Origin: Eledone cirrhosa
Lineage: Eukaryota
Assembly: GCA_964016885.1 (NCBI GenBank)
Contig: OZ024751.1
Coordinates: forward strand, 29,574,001-29,638,000
Length of the DNA: 64,000 bases
Direction of reading: 5' to 3'
Under the pieces are notes generated by a model. The model worked only from the letters and a program-made list of their open reading frames with translations. It was not told the DNA's origin and searched no databases. Made by a program: the position numbers and the translations under genes. Shown in pieces: positions 26,541-38,839 of this stretch (position 1 is its first letter; every line of letters starts with the position of its first letter).

Positions 26541-27072
26541 AATGGAAAAAATGAAATGAAATGAAATTTCCCACTCTTAGTACGGCTGTTACTTAAATAT
26601 AAGTATGTACACGTACATACATATATGTGTACAGATGTACAGTAATATGTATATATATATATACATACATGCCCACATATATATATGTACGTATGGATTC
26701 ACCGAACATTTATTATAATGCTCGGTGTGTTTGTAAACAAACATCCCGTATTAAGCCGTAGTGTCCAGCAACCATCGTTGCTCGTTTGTTCAACACTAAC
26801 AAAGGAATGCTGTACTAATTTCAAGCTTATTTGCTATCGTCAGCAACGTATACCTTCCTGCCAGATTGTTGAACGTCTGAAAGTATATACTTACCTTATG
26901 CATATTAACGGCCGAGTAGCCCAATTTGCATATCGAGTGGGTTAATCGGCCGGGTGCACCGAAAACGATAAATGGAAAAAATGAAACAACTCTTAGTTTC
27001 CCACTCTTAGTACGGCTGTTACTTAAATATAAGTATGTACACATACATACATATATGTATACAGACGTGTAC
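26540..27072 (-). mobile_element. Terminally redundant 430-bp retrozyme-like cassette (1.2 units)
   Basis: ccactcttagtacggctgttac at 26571 and 27001 (period 430, ~100-bp redundancy); TA flanks; contains a canonical HHR. Confidence 0.75.
26803..26859 (-). ncRNA. Canonical minimal type-I hammerhead ribozyme
   Basis: AGGAA-ggtatac-GTTG-CTGACGA-tagc aaataa gctt-GAAA-TTAG-TA-CAGC-a-TTCCT; extended stem I with internal loop; GUA cleavage between 26813 and 26812. Confidence 0.82.
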
Positions 27073-27075
27073 ATA

Positions 27076-27131
<56 letters not shown>

Positions 27132-27139
27132 TTTCATTT

Positions 27140-27436
27140 CATTTCATTTTACTTCCACTTTTTCCCTGCTTGCAAGGGTGGGACGGGAACTGGTTCTGGC
27201 TTGATTTCTACAGTTGGATGCCCTTCCTAACACCAACCTCATTTACAATGAGTGCTGTGTGCTTTTTTGCCGTGGCACCTCCACGACCACTTTACAGTGG
27301 AATGATAGGGACCCCAGTCCCTATCATCTCATTTCCACAGCTGAGTAAACTGGAGCAATGTGAAATAAAGTGTCTTGCTCAAGGAAACAACACATCACCC
27401 GGTCTGAGAATTGAACTCACAATCTTTCGATTGCAT
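27140..27436 (-). mobile_element. SINE family 2 with RTE-type tail
   Basis: ttccctgcttgcaagggtgggacggg tail plus the SINE body. Confidence 0.85.
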
Positions 27437-27456
27437 TAAATATATATACATATATA

Positions 27457-27615
27457 TAACAAAGAAAGTGTGGTAAGGAACCAGGTGGACCATAACGCAC
27501 CAGAGTACTCAATACTGGGTAGTAGAGTGGGTAATAGGAAAAGACTAGGAACAGCTGTCCTAACAATACCACGTTAGTTCAGCCGGAGCTCAGCCGTCAG
27601 GCTCCTGACTCTTTT

Positions 27616-27620
<5 letters not shown>
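27457..27620. mobile_element. Rearranged copy of the pLTR-like family at 33530-33725
   Basis: 27457-27535 is the reverse complement of 33645-33725; gagctcagccgtcagg matches the HHR 3' half. Confidence 0.65.
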
Positions 27621-27656
<36 letters not shown>

Positions 27657-27946
27657 CCATATATGTATATATATATATTTACGGAAACATCATTGACCAA
27701 GTCACCAAAGATTCTGATTCCAAGAAACAGACATAAATAGATCTTGAATATAAAGTGAATTTATCAGTTTTTGTGTATTTTTTCAATGTCTTAAATGGGT
27801 CTTCAATGGTGGAATGGTTTCATAAAATCTATAAGTTTAGAAACCACTTCGTTGATGTGGGTCTCTTTTCTAACAACAAATTTCTTCCTTAACAAGACTC
27901 TCTTTCTCTCTCTCTCACTTTCTCTCTCTCTCTCTCTCTCACTTTC

Positions 27947-27997
<51 letters not shown>

Positions 27998-28740
27998 ACT
28001 AATCCTTCATTCATCTATGTCTCTTGTCTCATAACAGATTTTTCCCTTAACAAAAACTCTCTTTGTCTCTCTTCCTCTCCCTATCTCTATATCTTCACCT
28101 TCTTCACTCACCTCCCTCTCTCTCTATCTCCTCTCTCACCCCCCCCCCCCCCTCTCTCCATTAGTTTACAAACCCTTTATTAATCTGAGTCTCTTGTCTC
28201 ACAACAATTTCTTCCTATCTCTCAGTCTCTCTCTCTTTCTCTCCATCAGTATACAAACCCTTCATTGACCTGTGTCTGTTGTCTCACAACAGATTTCTTC
28301 CTTAACAAGACCCCCCCCTCTTTGTTGCTAATATTTAGATATTTGACAAATCTCCATTATATTTTCAGTCTTTATGAAGAAAATCACAATTGTTCATGAA
28401 AGACTCTAATTACAATAGTTTTAACTGTATTTAGTTCTTAATTTGAAAAGGCTGTGTGTGTTTGTGTGAGTATGTCTTTGTGTGTCTGTGTACGGATCTA
28501 TCTGTGTAGGTACATTTGTATATGTTTCTTTGTATGTATGTATCTCTGTGCGTTTGTGTGTGTGTCTATGTGTCTCTATTAGTGTGCCTGTGCATATATG
28601 TGTCTCTGTGTGTATATGTATGTTTGTGTCTGTGACTCTGTGTGTATATGTGTGTGTGTCTGTCTCTATGTGTGACTGTGTGCCTCTTTGTGTATATATA
28701 TACATATATATATATATATGTGTATATATATGTGTATATA

Positions 28741-28771
<31 letters not shown>

Positions 28772-28776
28772 GTGTA

Positions 28777-28825
<49 letters not shown>

Positions 28826-29268
28826 GTGTGTGTGTCTATATATATATATGTGTGTGTATGTGTCTGTCTATTTATGTGTATCTGTGTATGTGGATCAGTC
28901 TGTTTTCTTAGAAACCCAGTCAATGTCAGTTCAATACTTAGACTTACAAGTGCTCACAATTCACTTGTCAATTTGGATATGACCTCTCTCTCAGTAAAGG
29001 TCAAGTGATTTTATTTCTGTCAAGCCATTTAGGCAGACATTCAAGAAAAAAGACATTCAAGAAAAAACCCAACCCAAACAACAGACTCTTTATTATCTTA
29101 TTATCACATTATACTATATTATATTATATTTATATTATTATATTATATTATATTATATTATATTATATTATATTATATTATATATTATATTATAATATAT
29201 ATTATATTATAATATATATTATATTATATTATATTATTATATTATGTTATACTATATTATTATGAAGG

Positions 29269-29452
29269 TGGATTGGTACTATTGGTAGAGAGTCGGACGC
29301 CATGCTTTCCAGCATAGTTACGTCCCTTTACAGTCTGAGTTCAAATCCCGCCGAGGTTAACTTTACCTTTCATCCTTACAGGGTCGATAAAATAAAGTAC
29401 CAGTAATGTACTGGGTAATTGCTGGCCTTGTGCCAAAAGTAGAAACAATTAT
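29269..29452 (+). mobile_element. SINE family 1, near full length
   Basis: Matches 23719-23903. Confidence 0.88.
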
Positions 29453-29499
29453 TATGTATTATATTATACTATATTATACTATATTATATTATATTTATA

Positions 29500-29651
29500 C
29501 TAGCTGAGGTACCCGGCTTTGCCCGGGAGACAATTAAGAGAAGACGGATGAAAGAAAAACGACTGTATTGAATGTGTTGTCTGGTGAGACCATAATCTGT
29601 CTGTGTGTGTGTGATTCAATCAACAACAATCTCTTTTATATTATATATAGA
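29500..29651 (-). mobile_element. Short non-autonomous Helitron
   Basis: CTAG plus cccggctttgcccggg hairpin at one end, TCTATATA at the other, in AT context. Confidence 0.7.
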
Positions 29652-30210
29652 TTATAATATCATATATAGTATTATATATTATATATTAATATTATACTAT
29701 ATTATATTATATTATACTATATTATATTATGGATGTTGTCCTGTACTCTATTATACTGTATTATAGTATATATTATATTAATATTATACTGTATTATATT
29801 ATATTTATATTATATCTATATTAAATTGTGTTGTCCTGTACTGTACTTTATTCTGTTGTTCTGTATTATATTTATATTGTGTTGTCATGTAATGTAATAT
29901 GATGTACTCTGTTGTAGAAAACTCTATTATGATATACTATATTATCTTAGAAGTTAAGGGCTGGAACACTAGCTTGAGTGAGGTTTCTTCTCTGAAGACC
30001 TTCTGCTGTTCAAATCTTCTGAGAGTTTCTTATCACCAGAGTTGGAATAAGCTAGGGGGTGATTGGTAATTTTTTTAGGTTATCTCCTTGATTTTTTTTT
30101 AAAATCAGAATTAGTCGTTTAGTTTACATATTGAGACCTCAACCCATCTTATTTATTTTGTAACATATGAGATTTCTTGTAATGTACATTTTTGTCATCC
30201 ATAATGCTTT

Positions 30211-30410
30211 NNNNNNNNNNNNNNNNNNNNNNNNNNNNNNNNNNNNNNNNNNNNNNNNNNNNNNNNNNNNNNNNNNNNNNNNNNNNNNNNNNNNNNNNNN
30301 NNNNNNNNNNNNNNNNNNNNNNNNNNNNNNNNNNNNNNNNNNNNNNNNNNNNNNNNNNNNNNNNNNNNNNNNNNNNNNNNNNNNNNNNNNNNNNNNNNNN
30401 NNNNNNNNNN
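30211..30410. other. Assembly gap (200 N)
   Basis: Run of n. Confidence 1.
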
Positions 30411-32476
30411 TATCTCTCACTCTCCCTATCTCCTCTCTCTCTCTATTACACTCACATACACTGCACTTGAACTCCTCTTCATTTTTTACTAGTCCTTTTC
30501 ACCCCCACCCCACTAATACCCCACCCCACTTTACCCTGCTCCACATCACATCACCACTGCAACAAAATGAAGAACCACTGTTGTCAAAAGTGAGTAGCTT
30601 TTCTTACTGGGTTTTTCCAAACTTTAATTACCATATCAACCCATGGGATGACAAAAAAAAAAAAAAAATACCCCAACAACAACAACAGTAAACAAACAAA
30701 ACAAAAAATAAGAAAACAATTACAAAAAATAACAAAAAACAAGTAAAAAATGACAATACACAAAAGTCCTTAAAACTGCTGCTGCTGAAACTGAAGAAGC
30801 AGCAGCTATCCGATTCCTTTTAACATGGAAACATTTCTTGCTGTAACTTTCAATAGCGAAAGATTATTCTCTTGTTTTTCTCCTTTCTAAGCTTTTTGTT
30901 TGTTTGTTTGTTTGGTTGGCTGGCTGTTTGTTTGTTTTTCGTTCTCTTCTAACCTTCTATACTTCAGATCTAGAACGTGTTCTCCCTTGATGATAACTTT
31001 TCACATTTTAGCTTTGTTGAGGAACACTAGTTTTCACTAGTCTTGGTTTTTTTTTTTTTTAGAGATAAAGTTATGAAAAATAATATCTAGAACAAAAAAA
31101 CATTAAGAAAAAGAATAAGAAAATATTCTTATTCTTTTCATTAGTTCTGGAACATACTACATACATGGTTGTAGTCACCTCTCTTATTCTTTTTTCTTTC
31201 GTTTTTTTTTCATTTTCTTTCACTTTTGTCTTTCTTTCACTCTTCTTCTACTTCTTTCTTTCATTTTCTTTCACTTTTGTCTTTCTTTCACTCTTCTACC
31301 TTTTTCTTCCATTTTCTTTCACTTTGTTTCACTTCCATTTCTCAAACTCCATCCTTCCTTCCATTCATCCACCTCTTCATTCATCTATCTATCCACCCTT
31401 CCTCCATCCATCCAACCACACGTCCACCCATCCCTCTCTTTATCTATCCATCCACCCATCCACCCACCCATCCATCCACCCACCCATCCACCCCTTCACC
31501 CACCCAAACATCTGTCTGTCTGTCCATAGGTATAAAGTAAACTTTCATTATTTTAAAGCAAAGCCTATGATAATACGATGAAATATTTCCTGCATTAGAA
31601 ACACACACAGACACACATAGACACACACACACACACACACATAGACAGATACACACACACACACACATACACATACACACATATATAGACACACACACGT
31701 ATATATATATATAGACACAGACATAGAAAGAGGAAGAGAGAGACAGAGGAAAATATGTAAAAAACAAAATCATTTTACACTAATTTTTAAATATATTAAA
31801 ACAAACACACACAACCCCACCCCCCAAAATAAAATCACATAAACGCTTAAAAAATAATATATACATATATACATACATTCATACATACATACACACACAT
31901 ACATTATATACATGATATATATATTTATATATATATATGTATATATATCGTATATATATACACACATATATATATTTTTTTATATTTTAAATATGGAAGA
32001 CATTGCAAATCAACAAATGACTTGGAAGAGATAGGAGGAAGGGGTGAGGGGGCAGAATGAGGAAGATGAGGGAGAGTGAGGGCAGAAGGAGGAAGAGGGA
32101 GTAGAGGATAAAATAATAAAAGTCCTAAAGGTATTGCTCCAATAAGTTCTTTGGCACCATTTTCTTTAAGAATTCTTCCTTATTTCAATTGTAGAATGAT
32201 TAGACATTGCTGGGCTGGTGTTGTTGTTGTTTTATTTGTTCAAAAGGGTGGTTATTGTTGTTTTTTGATGAAGTAAAAGTCACTGAATTGATTGGTTAGT
32301 GTGTATGTGAGTGTGTGTGTGTGTGTGTGTTGTGTGTGTGTGTGAGTGAGAGAGAGATAGGGAAGAGAGAGAATGTATGTGTGTGTCATATATATTTATA
32401 TAGAGAGAGAGAGTGTGTGTGTGTGAGTGGAGAGAGAGAATGTATGTGTGTGTCATATATATTTATAGAGAGAGAG

Positions 32477-32521
<45 letters not shown>

Positions 32522-32659
32522 CTGTGTGTGTGTGAGAGAGAGGGAGAGAGGGGGTAGATAGATAGAGAGAGGAGTGTTTGTGATATATATATATATATAC
32601 ACACATACATGAGAGAGAGGGGGGGGGGAGGGTAGATAGATATGGGAGAGAGTGTGTTT

Positions 32660-32726
<67 letters not shown>

Positions 32727-33230
32727 ACACACATACATGAGAGAGAGAGAGAGAGGGAGGGTAGATAGAGAGAGAGAGTGTGTGTTTGTGATATATTTAT
32801 ATATGGAGGAGAGAGAGAGAGATTGGTGGGTGTAATGTGACTACTAAGAAACAGAGTGGGGAAGGGTTCCCAGTTGTATGGGGGGGGGGGGGGGGCTATG
32901 AAAGCAAGGAACCATTGTTGGGAGGTAAAAAACATATCTGAAGAGTGATTCTTCTGATTCTTTGAAAAGACAATGCTAGAGAGAGAGAGAGAGAATGTGA
33001 GAGGGAGAGAGAGAGAGAGAGAGAGAGATATCATCATCATTGTCAATCTTACATCATATATATATATATATATATATAGTAATAATAATAAAATTGAAGA
33101 CTAAAATCCAAAGAGGGCTCGATAAGGAAAATATATATCAAATATATAAGAACCGTAGAGCAAATATTTATTAAAATAACAGATTAAAGTTTTGAAATAT
33201 CCAGTTCTGCGTTTACAGATTGACTTTGTT

Positions 33231-33281
33231 AGTTTCAGAAGATCCCGTTAAGGGTGAAAGCAGCGATTCTTTGCTTAAACT
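33231..33281 (+). ncRNA. Hammerhead-like motif with U4A core inside a fold-back (arms ~33165-33192 and 33277-33305)
   Basis: AGTTT-CAGAAGA-tccc gttaa gggt-GAAA-GCAG cgattct TTGC-TT-AAACT; all three stems pair. Confidence 0.6.
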
Positions 33282-33538
33282 TTAATCTGTTATTTTAATA
33301 AATATATATATATATGTATATATATATATATCATCATCATCATTTTCGTTTTTGACCTCACGCCCAGCTGTAGCCGGCACTACCAACGCATGAATGGGTC
33401 TACTCCACCCCCTCTCCCTTTTTCTCCTACCGGCAGGTTTAGCTACCCCTTTCCCCCACCAATTTGCCATCACAGATTTACTACTAACTTGTGATGTGAC
33501 CAATCCTTGTGATTGTCTCTTTGACCATATATGGAATT

Positions 33539-33632
33539 ACCCCTTGATAAGCTCCGCTATTTAAATACCAGAATAAATTTTCATTCGGTCCAGAATTAGC
33601 CGTCGAAACGGCTTGAGCTCAGCCGTCGGGGT
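33539..33632 (+). ncRNA. Type-I hammerhead, U3-A8 variant, with long stem II
   Basis: ACCCC-TTGATAA-G...C-GAAA-CGGCT tgagctc AGCCG-TC-GGGGT; GUC triplet; half copy at 26451-26478 shows compensatory CAGCT/AGCTG. Confidence 0.72.
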
Positions 33633-33723
33633 CTTACTCGTTGCTGTTACCCACTCTACTACCCTAAGTATTGAGTACTTTGGTGCGTTATGGTCCACCT
33701 GGTTCCTTACCACATTTCCTTTG

Positions 33724-33771
<48 letters not shown>

Positions 33772-33788
33772 ATGAGATGATGATATAT

Positions 33789-33827
<39 letters not shown>

Positions 33828-34346
33828 CAGACAGACAGACAGAGATACTGAGACAGAAACACAAGGGAAGAGAGAGAGAAACACTGAGAGAGAGAAATGC
33901 TGAGAGATACATAGACACATGGAGTGAGAGGCACACACACACACATTCATATATATAGATAGAGAGAGGCACACACACATTCATATATATAGATAGAGAG
34001 AGGCACACACACACACACATTCATATATATAGATAGAGAGAAGCACACACACACACACATTCATATATATAGATAGAGAGAGGCGCACACACACACACAC
34101 ACATTCATATATATAGATAGAGAGAGGCACACACACACACATTCATATATATAGATAGAGAGAAGCAAAGAGACATACATATATATATATAGAAAGACAA
34201 AGAGAGAGAGAGAGAGAGAAAGAGACACAGACATATATAGATAGCAAGACAGAGAGAGAGAGAGAGAGAGACAGACATATATATATAGATAGCAAGAGAG
34301 AGAGAGAGAGAAAGAGACACAAACATACATAGATAACAAGATAAAT

Positions 34347-34377
<31 letters not shown>

Positions 34378-34769
34378 CACAGACATATATAGATAGCAAG
34401 ATAGATAGATAGAGAGAGAGATAGAAAGAGACTCAGACATATATAGATAGCAAGACAGAGAGAGAGACAGACATACATAGATAGCAAGACAGAGAGAGAG
34501 AGAGAGAGAGATAGAGAAAGAGACACAGACATACATAGATAGCAAGACAGAGAGAGAGAGAGACAGACATACATAGATAGCAAGACAGAGAGAGAAGGTA
34601 AGAGAGAGACACAGCTACACAGATAGACAGACAGAGACGAAGATAAAACTATTAAAATACTGTAAATTGAATAACCTCTCTTAGGACCAAACTTGGTTGA
34701 TTGGCAGTGTAAAGAAAATTTTTTTTTTTTTATCACACAAACGCATGCAATCACAGTCACATTTACATC

Positions 34770-34965
34770 CACACATGCATACACACTCACATTTACATAT
34801 GCATACACACTCACATTAACATATGCATACACACTCACATTTACATATGCATACACACTCACATTTACATATGCATACACACTCACATTCACATATGCAT
34901 ACACTCACATTTACATATGCATACACACATTCACATATGCATACACACTCACATTTACATATGCA
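34770..34965. repeat. 24-bp minisatellite (acatatgcatacacactcacattt)
   Basis: Direct periodicity. Confidence 0.88.
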
Positions 34966-35196
34966 TGCACACATTCACACATCTTCATATCCACACACAT
35001 ATATACACACAAACAGATGTATATTTCTAAATATACATGTATATATACAAATACACAAACACACAACCTCATATGTTTATATTCACATACATAACCATAC
35101 ACACACACACACACACGCATACACAAACACACATATACCCACATATGCAATATATTTAGAATCATATTTGGATATATATATATATATATATGTATA

Positions 35197-35227
<31 letters not shown>

Positions 35228-35376
35228 TGATGTATATATATGTATAATATATATATATATATATATATGATGTATATATATGTATATATATGTGTAATAT
35301 ATAAATGAAAGGTATAGAAAACATTGTAGCAAAAAGCCAAATATATATATGTATAATATATATATGTATATATATA

Positions 35377-35420
<44 letters not shown>

Positions 35421-35529
35421 TATATATATATATACACACATATATATATATATATATACACACACATATATATATATATATACATACACATATATATATA
35501 TATACACACACACATATATATATATATAT

Positions 35530-35572
<43 letters not shown>

Positions 35573-35617
35573 TATATATATATATACACACACATACATA
35601 TATATATAGATATATAT

Positions 35618-35653
<36 letters not shown>

Positions 35654-36243
35654 ACACGCACCCACATAAACATTCACACGCATGTATTCACACACACACA
35701 CACACAACACATATATTGCAAGCACATAGGTCCACAGACAGAATGATACACAACATGAGACTAGTGTCAGTATTTTTCTAAATCACTCTGGCAATTTCAA
35801 AGTAGTACAGAGATGCCAGTCTGTCGACAGACTGGTTCAAAGCCATGCATTACACTTGTAAGACGTCCTGACAAAGAGAAAGCGCCATTGCACAGAATGT
35901 TGGCAAGAATATGTCATTTTGACTACAGAATCTGTGTGTTTTTCACTATGATATACAGATTCACTTAATGCCAACACCTGTCTCGCATGAAATGCTTTTC
36001 ATAAATTTTTCTTTCTTTCTTTACAAACCCTGCAAATAATAGATTTGTCATTTTAAAACTTTGTCAGTAAAGTATATTTATTATCTTCGTGTTATAAACT
36101 TTATTGCTCCACTGTTTTCCTCATAAACTTCTAAATTCTAAAACGAACATGTACAGGTAATACATATCACAGATCCATAATATCTCCACACTATATATAT
36201 ATATATATATATATGTGTATGTGTGTATATATATGTGTGTGTG

Positions 36244-36298
<55 letters not shown>

Positions 36299-36437
36299 AT
36301 ATATGTGTGTGTATATATATGTATATATATATGTGTATATATATATGTGTGTGTGTGTGTGTATATATGTATATATATATATATGTGTGTGTGTGTATGT
36401 ATATATATATGTGTGTGTGTGTATATATGTGTGTGTG

Positions 36438-36468
<31 letters not shown>

Positions 36469-37078
36469 GTGTGTGTGTGTATATATGTGTGTGTATATAT
36501 ATATGTATGTATATATATGTGTATATATATATATGTGTGTATATATATGTATTTGTGTGTGTGTGTATATGTATATATCCATGCTAACGTAGAAAATGGA
36601 CGTTAAACAATGATGGTGATGATGACGTAAACATATATATGCACCATGTGCATGCACTAATACAAAGGCATATAGACATATGCACAAACACACACATGCA
36701 AATGTACATATCCCCACACACACACATGTAAATATACATACACACACACACGCACACATGTAAATGTTCATATGCCCCCCCACACACACACACACGCGCA
36801 CCCACACATGTAAATGTACACACACACACACATACATGCAAATGTACATATCCCCACACACACACATGTAAATATACATACATACACACACACACGCACA
36901 CATGTAAATGTACATGTGTCCCCCCCCCACACACACATGCAAATGTACATATCCCCTCCCACATACACACTTGAGTGATCAACTCCTCTTGTGCCATGCT
37001 TCAACATGAACATAAAGGCTCAGCTATAATCTTTGTTATACCAAACTACCAGAAACCAGCTATGTTTCTGTGATATAA

Positions 37079-37262
37079 AGTTTCTACTTTTGGTACAAGG
37101 CCAGCAATTACCCCAGTGCATCACTGGTACTTTATTTTATCTACGCCATAAGGATGAAAGGCAAAGTTAACCTCAGCAGATTTGAATTCAGAACACAAAG
37201 GGTCGTAACTCTATGCTGAAAAGCATGGTGCCTGATGCTCTAGCAATACTGCCAAACCACCG
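37079..37262 (-). mobile_element. SINE family 1
   Basis: Reverse complement of the family consensus. Confidence 0.85.
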
Positions 37263-37599
37263 GTCTATAAAGTTGTTTGTAAATCAGCAGCTCAATTGAA
37301 GTGCCATTTCAGGCATAAACATAAAACAATGAACTGAAATGACTGTTGAACCCTCATGTGTTGAATCGAGGAGAGAGTCGAACATATGTATATATGTGTA
37401 TATATATATATATATGTGTATGTATATATATCGTGTAGGTGTCACAACAAAAAGCACCCAGCCCACACTGTCAATGTGGTTGGTGTTAGGAAGGGCATCC
37501 AGCCATGGAAAACCAGCCAGAAACTCTCCTATATGAGCGAGACATGGTCGCCCAACTAACTTGCCTCTAAATGGGACAAACCTGTCTAACCCATGCTAG

Positions 37600-38160
37600 C
37601 GAGGCCATAGTATCTAGAATAAGGACGGGTTGGAAGAAGTTTAGGGAGCTGCTTCCTCTGTTGACGAAGAAGGGTTTCTCCCTGCATACGAAAGGACAGT
37701 TATATGATGCCTGTGTGAGATGCGCGATGCTGCATGGTAGTGAGACATGGGCAGCAACTGCAGAGGATATGCGACGGCTGGTGAGAAATGAAGCAAGTAT
37801 GCTCCGTTGGATGTGCAATGTCAATGTGCGTGAACGACCAAGCATGGGTGAGTTGAGAAACTGGGTACAAGAGGAATAAGTTGTGGTGTGCAGGAGAGAA
37901 GGCTGAGATGTTATGGACATGTGATGCGCATGGAGGATGACCGCTGGGTAAAGAAGTGCCAATAAATCCCAGTAGAAGGAAGACGCAGTAGAGGAAGACC
38001 ACGTAAAACATGGGCGGAGGTGGTGAGAGCAGACCTCAGATCATTGAAACTCACTGAGGAGATGACGAAGGACCGTGACAAGTGGAGAGATGCTGTGCTG
38101 AATAAGACCCGTCCCACCCTTGCAAGCAGGGAAAAGCGGACGTAAAATGATGATGATGAT
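37600..38160 (+). mobile_element. RTE-clade LINE 3' fragment (frameshifted), fused to an upstream SINE tail
   Basis: EAIVSRIRTGWKKFRELLPLLTKKGFSLHTKGQLYDACVRCAMLHGSETW...; (TGA)n tail. Confidence 0.92.
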
Positions 38161-38181
38161 GTTGATATGTATATTTATATG

Positions 38182-38238
<57 letters not shown>

Positions 38239-38839
38239 CTTATTATGTATATCATTCACATACTACCCTTCCTGAATTCATTTTCATCTCTGTATAGAAT
38301 GCATGGTTAATATATTTAACATATGCATGTAAAATCTTAATTTGTTTAAAGAATAGTTGATAATTTTTTTTTGTCTGTTTATTTTTCTGTTCTTTATTTA
38401 CTGACTAATTGCTATTTGTTTATTCAATTATCAGTGATGAATATTTCTCATTCATTAGTCAATAAATATTACTTGATGCCTAAATCAATTACACTAAGCC
38501 AATGATGATGGTTCAGCTTTCTTTATTGAACTAACACTCTGGGGGAATATCACTTCACTCATTCACCGAATAAAAGTAGATTTGTTCCCAACACCACTCT
38601 AATTGATCGTGTAATTAAAAACATTGCCATTCGTTAACATTTTCAAGCAATTCTTCTCTAACTACAATGTTTTTATTTGCTGAACATGAGGCCCCACCAC
38701 CACCACCCGCTACCATCATCATTATCATCATCACCACCACCATTATCACCATCATTATCATCATCATCATCACTACTATTATCATCGTCACCACTATCAT
38801 CATCATCATCATCATCTTCATATTTTTTCCATTTTGACA

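Noticed and set aside
29950-30066. Possible plus-strand exon (VKGWNTSLSEVSSLKTFCCS...)
   Set aside because: Weak acceptor, short open frame, no recognisable homology; indistinguishable from chance
33113-33160. Second hammerhead (gctcgataag...gaaccgtagagc; related ttgataag at 15607)
   Set aside because: Core and GAAA are both defective and stem II is not supportable, so it was not counted
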